DNA of 63,240 bases, filler included, from Bigelowiella natans CCMP2755 (Eukaryota > Protista > Cercozoa): the NCBI GenBank assembly GCA_000320545.1. It is 12 parts of 12 records of this genome, joined end to end, with 100 filler letters (N's around TTAATTAATTAA, not from the genome) between each part and the next. Parts side by side here need not be neighbours in the genome. Positions count along the whole stretch, not along the records: positions 11,301 to 14,131 come from ADNK01000558.1; positions 14,232 to 38,711 come from ADNK01000629.1; positions 38,812 to 41,343 come from ADNK01003195.1; 9 more parts are not named here. One strand, 5' to 3'. The translations under genes were made by a program, and so were the position numbers. Positions 13,793 through 39,350 of the stretch are shown in pieces (position 1 is the stretch's first letter; each line of letters begins with the position of its first letter). The notes under the pieces were generated by a model, which saw only the letters and a program-made list of their open reading frames with translations, searched no databases and had not been told where the DNA came from.

Positions 13793-14081
13793 AATTATTC
13801 ATCCATCCAGCCGCTACAGGCAGAAGAGGATGAGGATGCGGAGGACAATCACAGGGATCGGTAGGTGAAACCTTCTGCGCATTACTTCCATGAATAAGGG
13901 CGGTTGATATAGTCGTAGCATCATCGTCTTCGTCGCTACCGATGTTATTTTGATAACATGATGATGACCTAGTTCTCTCCTTAACTACCAGAGAGCGAGT
14001 GCGGACATTTATGGAGGCGGAGCGGCTGACAAATTGTCAACCTGAAATCGATATCAATGGGGAGACGATTCTTGGCGGAGA
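12076..14081 (+). CDS. Protein with SH3b-like domain, coiled coil and possible SAM-like domain, fragment
   Basis: Spliced GLYQ|VVGPSGATVRKHADLSSKVK|GRLPIGENVTVIETIGRRAHVTYPMEGWVSVCTSGDFALILEQ fits the SH3_3-type pattern; followed by charged helical exons. Confidence 0.6.
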
Positions 14082-14424
14082 CGTTGTACGACTATGTAGC
14101 TAGAGAGGGGCGGAATTTATGTGTGCGTGTGNNNNNNNNNNNNNNNNNNNNNNNNNNNNNNNNNNNNNNNNNNNNTTAATTAATTAANNNNNNNNNNNNN
14201 NNNNNNNNNNNNNNNNNNNNNNNNNNNNNNNTAAAAAAAATGAGCACATATGTGTGTGGTAGAAGTGAAATATCCTATAAACCAAGCTACGACAAGCACA
14301 TAGGGGAGAACTCCTCTACGATCAAATTTCCCTTTAAGACTACCAACATTAGATCTACCCCACCCCGCTGAGTTACCAGCGAGACTTTACAGAACCACTC
14401 TAACCCGCCTCTCACTTAAAGAAC

Positions 14425-14807
14425 ATGAGTATGGAAGCCAAGGAATCTTCGGGATGCGACAAGGCGACCGAAGCCGTTCTTGTAAAATCTGAAGACATGC
14501 CCGAGGGGACCCCAGAGTAGTGCGAAATAAGAAGCAGTATGTTGGTGTGTGCTTTTCCCAGATCCTCCTCAGTTTCGAAAATGCCATACATGTAGGTGTA
14601 AAGGGTTCGATTTCTATAAAGGATTAGAGTAAGATGCTCTCTTCAAGTAAGTAATATAGGGATCCACTCACACATACCCTCCCTCGCTCCCCCACGCCCG
14701 CACTCTTATACGTACGTGTGTAGGTCACTCACACTCTATGTATCTCTAGCTACACATTTTGGTTTGGTTGTGGGGTGGCTCTCTCGCACGGTGACTCACA
14801 CCCCAAA

Positions 14808-14878
<71 letters not shown>

Positions 14879-16778
14879 CCCATTTGTTATTTTCTGAGTA
14901 GTAATCTGAGAGAAACCACCACCACCACCACCACTACCAGTTACGATGGAGACTGAGTCATCAAAAGTTTGACCCTAACAAAGAAACAGAGGAGTTTAAA
15001 GATAAGCAAGGTATTATTATTATCATTATTCCGTACTCATCAAGTCTAGTACAGCTGTGGTAGTATATTCTACTATGAGTCCTCATCCAACTTATTTTTA
15101 CTACTACTATAGTTCGTGAAAATACAAGGTGCACCATCTTTCTTGGATATACCTCCAATATGGTAATAATATAGTCAGAACTTATTAAATATTTTATATA
15201 ACCTTCTTGTAGTCTAATCGGCTTATTGTCTATAATTAAAGGTCAGCTGCGGAAATAGAGAAATCATCCGCTACCTCATGCAGCATAGAATGGTACGTTT
15301 ATTAATCTTCGATTCTAATGTGTGGTCATCTCTATAAACTAGTAATCGGGTTCTGTTGTATTAGATCAACTGTGTTGTCACAACCGGGGGAGCAATAGAG
15401 GAGGACATCATGAAATGTTTCTTCCCTCACTACATGGGGGTAATTAGAATAATGATAATAATAACACTAAGTACTACGCAACAATGCATCATTATTAGGT
15501 AGTAGAATGTGAAACCAACACAATTCACAGTGTGACTAATATTATCATGAGCTGCTCATATTTCTGCTGCACATGTCTTCTAATGGTAGTCGTAGTAGTA
15601 GTGCTAGTAGCAGTGCTACTACTGCGGCATATCAGCAGACTTAGTGTGCTGACTCGTCGCATCATCATATTAATATTATTGTGGTGCTTTCTGTACGTAG
15701 GACTTCAAACTTCGGGGAAAAGATTTAAGGTGGTGCCCCCCATTCTAAAATCACGACTTAGACTTCACGACGACGTGCACTTGGCACCTCTACTAATACT
15801 ACTACTGCTGCTGCTACTACAATCGGAATAATTTTGCTACTATAACTACCACTACTACCACTACTACTACTACCACTGTTATCTAGACTCAAAGGATTCA
15901 ATAGAATTGGCAATCTTCTGGTAAGTAAGTAAGTTGTACTACTATCACTGACAAACAACTGAAATAATAACACATACGGTGTGATTGGATTGAGCTCAGC
16001 ACTACCTCATCAACATACAGACAACTACGGCTACGCTACCATGTTGTGTGATGTGTTTCTTTCTTCTGTGATGATGACGATGATAATGATGATAATGATG
16101 ATGATGCAGGTCCCAAATAAGAACTATATTGCATTTGAAGACTGGCTCAAGCCAATCCTCGGTCTGTGTGTAGAGGAAGAGGAGGAAGCACAACTTTTCT
16201 TTTAGCAGCAGTCAATATTAAATAAATCTCTTGATGATTGATTGGTGATTGATTTATTTATGTATTGATTGATTCTACAGCAAAGATGCTAGATGAGCAA
16301 GAGCCTACCGTTCAAAACGTAACAATCCTTAAAAAGCACTTCTCTAGGATGATGCTAAGAACATGCAAAGGTAGATCTTATATTACAACAAATCCCAAAG
16401 TTGTGCATCTTGGCATCCTAATCACTTTGCGTGGAAGACGTGTACATTGTTATGTTAAAAGGCAAATGAATATAACGTGTATCATCAATCATCATCATAT
16501 AACTTCATCATCATTATCATCATCATCATCATCATCATAGCTGGAACAATGATCATCGAATCGGAAACATCCAAGATCAAAGCCAAATCTACAGTCAGTT
16601 GTTACATTTATAATCATTTGTTGTATTATTCTCGGTTACCTAACTAATTTACCACAACAATAAAGATTTTAAGCATAAACGACATTGCAATGACTGGCAA
16701 AATGGAAGAGGGTATTATGATAAAATATGATCTAATTATGATAAGAAATAACGAGAACTTGATTTTGAATCAAACTCG

Positions 16779-16809
<31 letters not shown>

Positions 16810-18001
16810 TATCATCATCGATTACAGATGTAAAAAGCTTTCTCGATAAGATAAGCGGAGATAATTCAGAAATAAAACTAACGGTATTATTATTATTATT
16901 ATTATGTGTAATCAAATTAGTGTAGTTCTAATTTATATCAACTGGTCTTTCCATCCCTCCCATATGACAGCCAGCAGCAGCATCAATTTCAATATACATC
17001 CTTGCTACTTGATGATGCATGATATGTTGTTTTCCAATATCCATCATTGCTACTTACTACTACAACAGCTTTGGGTGCCTGGAGAAGTCTTTTCTCCATC
17101 CAAAATAATAAGACGCATGGTACTACCAATACTATTACAACATCATTTCTTCTTCTCTCCCAATCGATCTCAGTGATAATATGATTTCCAAGTATTGTTG
17201 TCTGTTGTCATCATATGTATCATCTGCACTTTGAAAATAACAATAAGGGGAAAGAGATTGATAATAAAGACTCCATTCTGTACTGGGTAGTATGTTATTC
17301 CTTATTACTAATAATAGTACTACTGGTAGTAACAGCAGCAGCAGCAGCAACAACAACAACAACAACAACAACACCAGTTTGAAGATAACGACTACGACAG
17401 ATTTTTGTTATAGTGATGCGTATTATTCCTTCTGTAGCCTCTGCCTCCATTGATCATCGATTCACCACCACCACCACCTTCAGCAGCATTACTTACTTAC
17501 TTACTTACTTACTATAATAAAGGCCTACAAGAATGATATTCCCATTTTTTGTCCAGCAATAACTGACGGGTAGTAGCAGCAGCAGTTGTAGTAGAAGTTT
17601 ATATAGTTATAATACTAAATAGGATAAATCGCTGCACGTTGATGATGATGATGATGATGATTGTGATTACTAGTACTGATTAATGGTAATTAATAACCTT
17701 CTTCAGTGCTGTTGGAGATGTGGTATTTTTCCATTCCTACCAAAAGGAAGGTGATAAGACTCTTGATATATACATCATGGATGATGACCCTACTTCTCTG
17801 CCCACAGTTAGAATACATGAACGTTGTTAATGTAACACTACTAGTACTACTAACTATCTTCTCTTGTTCTGCCCTCTTTCCTAGCTACTTACATACATTC
17901 TTACATGTATTTATTTTCAATTACATGTATTTATTTTCAAAGGCATGATCATCGATACTGCTCAGGACATCAAGAAAATAAATGGTGCTGGTGAATATAT
18001 G

Positions 18002-18057
<56 letters not shown>

Positions 18058-18570
18058 TTATTTGGAAGAAGCAGCTGTTTGTTCTGTCTCCCCCCTGTTT
18101 CTTCTACTATTAACTACTAGGACTGACTGCAGGACGCATGTAGTGATATTATCGTGTTGTTATTGTTGTTGTTGTTGTTGTTATTGTTGTTGTTGTTGTT
18201 GTTTGTGTGGCTAGAAATGGCAATGAATGCTCCTAAGACAGGAATGATTATTCTCGGGGGTATGTATGTACTACAATTATTAGAGATGATAAAAATGATG
18301 ATATTCCTTAGATGAAAAGATTGTGCTCAAAATTATATACCATTAATATTGTGAATGGTTGCTTTGTTTGGTGAAAATTGATAATTGATAGGAGGCATTG
18401 TAAAGCATCATATCTGCAATGCCAATCTTATGAGAAATGGTAATGATGATTCTCATTATTGATTCAATGTAGTATTAATAACGATAAGTCCTTCCACTAC
18501 CCAACAACCGCCTCATCACCATCAGTATAGCTACAACAACAACAACAACTACTATTGACCTTAGTGCTGA

Positions 18571-18638
<68 letters not shown>

Positions 18639-19128
18639 CAAGATGCAGGAGTCATCACTAGTTGTCAAACGCAGCAGAGAAAAATAATCATCCTCACTTA
18701 CTACCACCACCACCACTACTACTTTGTGTTACTACTTCTACAACTACTGCTTGCTGGTACTACTATTACGATTACAGGAGCAGACTTTTCAGTGTTTGTG
18801 AACACTGGCCAGGTATATCAATCAACAATATATCAAAATCAAACCATAATTAATTACATTTATTAAAAACCAACATGATATTTATTCAAAATATTATTTT
18901 ATTCTCAATCATCTTCCGTTTGAATTTCTTTGTATAATTGACTTGTTGTCAATTTAGCCTGGCTATTACAATCATGTGTGTAGGAATTTGATGGCTCAGA
19001 CTCAGGAGCTCGGCCTGATGAGGTTAGGAGGAGAATGTGTAGTAGATATGTAGACGACTGATGGGTTAATTAGGAGGAGAATTTGTAGGTATGTAGACGA
19101 TGACTACTACATGTTATTATTTGTTGAT

Positions 19129-19165
<37 letters not shown>

Positions 19166-19318
19166 TACTACTACTACTACTCTGCATGATTATCATTTTT
19201 TAGGCTATATCATGGGGCAAAATTCGTCTAGATGCTAAGCCTGTGAAGGTAGGAGATATTCAATGGATCATTCTTACCCCTCCTCTATTCGGCCTACACA
19301 AAGTCACATATATATTCT

Positions 19319-19357
<39 letters not shown>

Positions 19358-19489
19358 ATATATATATAATGTACATATCAGGTTTACGGAGATGCATCTT
19401 TGATATGGCCCTTATTAGTTTCCCAAACTTTTGTGAAATATATTGAACAAGCATCAGCAAATGAGGAGACAAAAGGAACAACCAAATAA
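14425..19489 (+). CDS. DHPS: Deoxyhypusine synthase, 25 exons, with ~80-aa insertion
   Basis: Phase-consistent GT-AG chain: [97 protein letters not shown] (catalytic Lys kept), VYGDASL; stop TAA 19487-19489. Exons 2-3 carry apparent base-call errors. Confidence 0.97.
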
Positions 19490-19692
19490 GGCGTGCTTAG
19501 GCGTGCTTCATCGTGCCTATTCGCAACTTGCATAATTTATCACAAATAAGTAAGTATCACATGGTGATATGATGGTAAAGCATATTCACTTCACGGTGGT
19601 CATACGCATAGGCAGTGGACATACCATCTAGTTAGCCAGGCCATCATGGAGTCTAGAGATGCGCGTGAAATCATGCTAATATATAAGACGGA

Positions 19693-19763
<71 letters not shown>

Positions 19764-19965
19764 CGGATGCATATGATGGGTACATGTTATACATTACTGC
19801 TCTGCATGATGCTAATGTATGATGAGTACATGCTATATATTATATGACTTCCAAAGTCGTTTTGTTGTGTATAGTGTTCCATGACGGATACTCCATTGTG
19901 TCTATTTGCACCTACAATATCCTGGAGCAGTTGCGTGCAGGGCGCGAACACATGCTTGTACGTAC

Positions 19966-20167
19966 ACCAATGAACTACAAATTTAATTGATTAGTATTAC
20001 ATCCGTCTTATTGCGTACCATGTATTACAGTGCTTGTCTACCCTACTAGCTTGCTAGTTCATACAACTGTGTCTATAGTTTATATTGTATTGTCGCACTC
20101 GTACACGTACATGCTGCGCACGATGTGTAAGATGGATATAATTAATCAATTAAATTTGTTCAATGGT
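19966..20167. repeat. ~200-bp element bounded by ~40-bp imperfect inverted repeats (MITE-like or hairpin)
   Basis: acaaatttaattgatta (19977-19993) is the exact reverse complement of 20143-20159; similarity extends to 19966-20010 versus 20128-20167. Confidence 0.6.
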
Positions 20168-20960
20168 CATCCTCATGTAGCTATACTATGCAACTAGCGC
20201 TAAAGTTAAATCTATTAGTTTCTGCTATGATGTGTTTATTCATGCATGATGTGTTGTGATGAAATTTTCCAACTAGTATGCCTACGTACAATGTTCTACC
20301 AGTTACTACTCTAGTACTGCTGCCGCAATTGTCTGCGTTGTGTACGAACCTTGTCTTGTGTGTAGTTACCACTGACTATGCATTTTCTTTGCAAATAAGA
20401 GGCTATTAGTGTTAGGCTGTCTAGCTGTGCCGATTTTTATCTGACTGCTCTAGCTAGCTAGCTAGCACTAACGTACACTTCTAGATCGATTTGTGCAAAC
20501 CTAGAAATGCGTAGACATGGCTAGATGGGTTAGTTGAGTGCCGGGGCACAAGTGTACACACAAACAAGACAAAATGGTTGTTAATGGAATCGTAGCAGTA
20601 CCTAGCTGCCATGGCGCGGCTAAACCAAATTTTTAATGATCAAATCGCACATTGTTGACACATTAGACAAAGCACTGCGTGCAGTGCAAAATCATAGACA
20701 TGTATAACAGCGTTGGATGCAGCGAGGCTGTAAAGCTGCAATAGATGAGGATATGTCTTGCGCTACTAGTATGCATCTTGTCTCAAAATAATAAGCTTGC
20801 TCACATGCACGCATTATTTGTTCACAGGCGCACTTTTTTACATCTTGACATGCAATGTATTCTTGGAAGATGTAGTATGTACGATCGGCCACACGCAGAT
20901 CGAATGCGTTATAATGATCTTCTAAATAATAGATATATTTTGCGTTTAAGTTGCTGTATG

Positions 20961-29522
<8,562 letters not shown>

Positions 29523-30219
29523 GATTTTTAACGATCTGAATGCTCAATATTGAAGCGGATCGTCGAGGTTGTCGTGATGATCGTCGTCATAAAATGATAG
29601 AGCGAGTCCTCGTTGCAACGAGTGGAGTGATGAGCATCGGAGATTGAAAGAATTGGGAGGAGGGAGGAGAAGAAGAAGATGAAGTGCGAATAAATAATTA
29701 TATCTGTTCTTCACCGAACTATTCTTTTCATCGGAGCTGCTTCGGAGACTAATCCACAATGGCATGGTGGAAATTAGGCGAATTTCACAGGAAATAATGT
29801 GCCAAAACATTTCTCCGGTTGATACGTCTCATCGGCGATTTTTCTTATCTCCTATTTATAATTAGATGCATGCAAGGTATTTGATGTATGCGACTTCGTG
29901 TTCGTTATGTCGTAGTACAAGTTATAGCAGGGGATACTCCTTGTACTCGTAGTAGTTAATGAAAGGATTATCATCATCATTCCTCACCCACTTTCCAAAA
30001 CACACAACTCCTCTACCTGCCTACCTACCTACCTACCTACTACCTCAGGTACAAGCTTTCGAACTACAAACACGCAAGTATAGAACATACAGCAACATCT
30101 ATGAGTAACCATTTTCAACATCATTACTCTCTACAGATTAGTTGTTTCGAGAGGGAGAGTGAGAAAGAGAAGAACACGCACAGAAGAAATAAAAGAACTA
30201 CGTGCTTCTATCTAGGATC
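29523..30219. promoter_or_regulatory. Divergent (head-to-head) region between ZGPAT and purH, probably with 5' UTR exons
   Basis: Start codons on opposite strands ~700 bp apart. Confidence 0.5.
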
Positions 30220-30740
30220 ATGGCAGAGTCGAACGAAACCTCTCGAGTTTACAACTTTGTTCGGAACCTCAAAGTAATAAAAGCTGTTCTTTGTAAATAA
30301 TATCGTAATCATTTGTTTGTAATACTTATTGTTTGTTGTACTGTGTGATACGGTTGCGATCCTCACCAAAAGTTTGTTGTGTTGTGTTGTGAATGGACTC
30401 ATCTGCAGTACGGTTGCAATCCGCACCAAAAGTTTGCCGCAATCTACACAATCGATCAAAAGACTTGGTCTAATGAGAAGGACCAGGCAATAAAAGATGC
30501 AGCTAAGGACGCCTCGAAGATGCCATTTGAGGTGCCACCTTTCTTCACGGGATAGCATTATCATAAATACAAACCCTTTAATAAATAAATTAAATATCAC
30601 ATTTCTCACAGGTTTTGAACGGAAATCCAGGATATATCAACCTCTTGGTATTAACATATTCTAGATTTAAAACTCAAAAGCAGCAGCATATGTCCTCCAT
30701 GCGTGCGTTAATATTATAACACACACACACACAAACCACG

Positions 30741-30790
<50 letters not shown>

Positions 30791-32737
30791 ACGCTGTTTA
30801 CCTCCTCTCGGAGCCCTTTTCTGTTTGGTTGAAGCATAGCATAATGATAATAGTAATAATATTTGTACTAACTATGCCCTTCCAACCAACTATGGAAGGA
30901 CGGAATAAAGGAAGAAATACAATGACAGAAGGAGAGACAAAGGATTAATGAATAAATAGCTGTTATCTATCATCTTAATAATAATGTCTCATTGCTTATA
31001 ATGTTCAAGGACGCCCTAAACGCATGGCAACTAGTTCTTGAGCTGAAGGAGGCTCTTAATCTCCCAGCTGCTGCTTCATTCAAGCACGTTTCCCCAGCTG
31101 GAGCAGCCGTAGGCGTTGAACTCGACGAAGTCCTTGCAGATGTATATGATGTAGATGCAAAGTCACTTACACCTCTTGCTGCTGCATATATTCGTGCTCG
31201 TCATGCTGACCCCAAATCCTCTTTCGGAGACTTCGTTGCTCTTTCTGATAAGGTACTCTACTTATTTGTCTTGTGCTGCTGCTATGAGTCCAGTCATCAT
31301 TCACATATAGTAAATTGATTACAAGCGTAACTTAGGCCGCTGCTGAGATGATAGTAGTACCAATTAGACACTTATACTTACTAGTTCTACAATCACTACC
31401 AACACTATTTGCTGGTGTAGCTTCTTTCTTGTTGTCACAAAGCAGTTCTTTCTTATTATTACACAGCTACAACAATCCTTTCTTATATTTAGTGATGTTA
31501 TTACATTCATAGTGACCATTCACTCACTAACTCACTCAGGTTGATGAGCAAACTGCGAAGATCCTCAAAAGAGAGGTAAGTGACGGTATCATTGCTCCTG
31601 GGTATGATGAAAAGGCCCTCGAAATACTAAAGCAAAAGAAAGGAGGAAAGTACCTCATCTTGGAGGGAGATGTAAGCTACAAGCCGCCAACAAATGAGTA
31701 CCGAGAGGTCTATGGTTTAGTATTTGCTCAAAAGAGAAATGACACCGTCGTTACGAAGAAGATGTTCGAAAATGTTGTAAGCAAGAACAAAGACTACCCT
31801 GACTCAGCGGTCATTGACGGCATTCTCGCAACAATCTGCGCAAAGTAGTAGTCATTTTTTGCCTGTAATAAACAACAATTTGATGATGTATGATGTGCAT
31901 TTGTGCTGCTTTAGCGGAGTGGTGAGGATATTGATCACTCCTTTGTTGTCTTCCCCGAACCCTTCTTATTATTATATTCTATCATCATCATCATCATCGT
32001 CATCATCATCAGGTATACTCAATCCAACTCAGTCGGTTTCTCCAAGGGTGGTCAGATGGTAGGTGTAGGTGCTGGACAACAAAGTCGTGTTGATTGTGTA
32101 AAGTTGGCAGGATCCAAGCTGCGCATCTGGTCCCTTCGTCAGCATCCAAAGGTGAGGGGTCTTAAATTCAAGAAGGGGATTAAACGTGTTGAACGCTTAA
32201 ACGCCAGACTCCAGTATATCGATGAAAACGACATGACGGGGCCTGAGCGTAAGGCATGGCTTCAGTATTTCGATGAACCTCCAAAATCCTTAACAGAGCA
32301 GGAGAAAAAGGACTTTCTCAAAGATGATCTTACTGGGTAGTACCAAGTAGCAGTGTTAGTAGTAGTAGTAGTAGTAGGTGTGACAACATCAGAAGACTAC
32401 TCATCATCATCTAACATAAAGAACACCACATAGTTTTATTGCAAATTATTCATTATGCACAATACAATGGTGTAGCTGTATTTCCGTGTACTGCATTGTT
32501 TCTACAACCTACAATGTACTTATATATTGTATATATATATATATATATATACGAAGGGTTACTCTGGCGTCGGATGCTTTCTTTCCTTTCCGCGATAACA
32601 TCGACGTAGCAGCCAAATTTGGAGTGAAATACATTGCACAACCAGGAGGAAGTACTCGTGACTCAGCTGTCACTTCTGCTGCAGATGAGTACGGAATGGT
32701 TATGGTGCACCACGGCATCCGAGTGTTCCACCACTAA
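30220..32737 (+). CDS. purH: AICAR transformylase, monofunctional (no IMP cyclohydrolase domain)
   Basis: MAESN..NLK|[14 protein letters not shown]|[12 protein letters not shown]|[36 protein letters not shown]|..[13 protein letters not shown]|[24 protein letters not shown]..|[27 protein letters not shown]. Confidence 0.95.
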
Positions 32738-33739
32738 CCAGCAGTAAAGACGTCACAACAATACCTACTACCTAAATCACCATCATAGGAAGTAATAGTA
32801 GTAGTACCATCATCAACTCTATATCATGAATGCTGTAGTTCATATTACGGTCGTAGCAGTAGTTACGAAACATCAACTTATGCATCCATAGTACACTTAA
32901 TAGATGAAGTAGAAACTAATACATCGGCAGTATTCTCAATTATCTTTGAAGACTGATTGCACACATCTGACACGTTGCGCACGCATACAATAAGTACGCC
33001 TAGGTACGCGCGCGCGCGCACACACACACACACACATACACATACACACAAGGCTGCTATCTTATAAACGATATTCGCGTATACATACGTAACATATGTG
33101 ACCTTCTAGCCTTGTCTACGACTGAATGCACGTGTGCATATTGCATTCTAGGGTTAGGGTGGATCGACATTATCATTAAAGTATTGTGCATGTAATAATG
33201 ACCTACCATATGTACCACATGCTAGCATGTGAATGTGCACATAATGGTGCATAGACTGCATGGGACTTGTATCAATGAACAAATGAACGCATTGTGCACT
33301 GCGCTAACTAGCAGGCTACACATGCACATGCGAATCAACATGACGCACAATGCACACATGCGTGCGAACATTACATGATCGACTCGATTATAGCACATGT
33401 GTGGACGTGCATGCCAGCGAAATGCCACAATTTTAAAGCATAAGCATATCTGCTGCGCTAGCATGACCAGATGTACACCAAACGTTGCAAGTAATGTCTG
33501 GACGTATGCGGCGTGTATGATAGCGGGGAGTGTGCATTACAATTTTGACTCGCAAAAGTTATGTCACGAGACGAATACATATATCTGATCGTAGGCACAT
33601 ACAGCAGGATTACATACCAACAACGATAAACCTAGTTGTTTTAGTGTTGGTTGATCTCACGCCCTTTATATTATCATAACAAGAGAAATTACATCCATTC
33701 TCAGCGTGATTACCATTAGTGAGATGATGCATCTATGTT

Positions 33740-38543
<4,804 letters not shown>

Positions 38544-39311
38544 TTAAATTGCATACATTAATATTACGATAATAATACACGTCATTAAGCATGTCTGCAA
38601 ACTAAAGAGTAGTAATAGATACACCACAAACGAGGGAGTGTGATGGTGGTGGTGTTGGTGATAATGATGATGATTTCGGAATAGATGGGAGGAGGAGGAG
38701 GAGGAAGAAGANNNNNNNNNNNNNNNNNNNNNNNNNNNNNNNNNNNNNNNNNNNNTTAATTAATTAANNNNNNNNNNNNNNNNNNNNNNNNNNNNNNNNN
38801 NNNNNNNNNNNTACCATTGTAGAGTTGCGTGAGAAAAGGCCTTGTGTTGGACTCAAACACTTTCAGCACCTTCATCTAACAACGTGCACGCATCAGTTCG
38901 CTCACGGGCACATCACAGCAGGGGGGGGAAGGGGATGGGGGGGGGAGGGGGGGGGATTATTTGAAGGGCTAACCGCGCAGTATTAAACGATACGAGGAAT
39001 CCTGCCCTTCCCCGCCTACCCCCCTCTTCCCTCGGCAAGTAATAGACCTTTGTGACAATCTTGGACGGCACCAGGGGATGGTAAACGACCTGAATATGGC
39101 AGCGATGGGTGGAATCATCGTCGTAGCCGTCAAATGTTTGATTGTGCCCGAACGCTGCTCTATGCTTGAGGTGTCTTATGCTATTATGTATATATGGCGG
39201 AAGGAAATGCACGTACGATGTCACTGGGGCTCCTGCTATCAATCGGGCCTTCGCGCTTCATCTTGCTCTCGGCCTCCACGAGATTGTCTAGAACGAGCTT
39301 TATCTGGTAGG

Positions 39312-39350
<39 letters not shown>

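Noticed and set aside
14630-14632. TAA reassignment (alternative genetic code) suggested by the in-frame TAA in DHS
   Set aside because: TAA terminates DHS and purH at the expected positions, no other exon has internal TAA/TAG, and neighbouring codons show read-error patterns.
33148-33159. Telomere-like CTAGGG-TTAGGG
   Set aside because: Only two units; compatible with chance.
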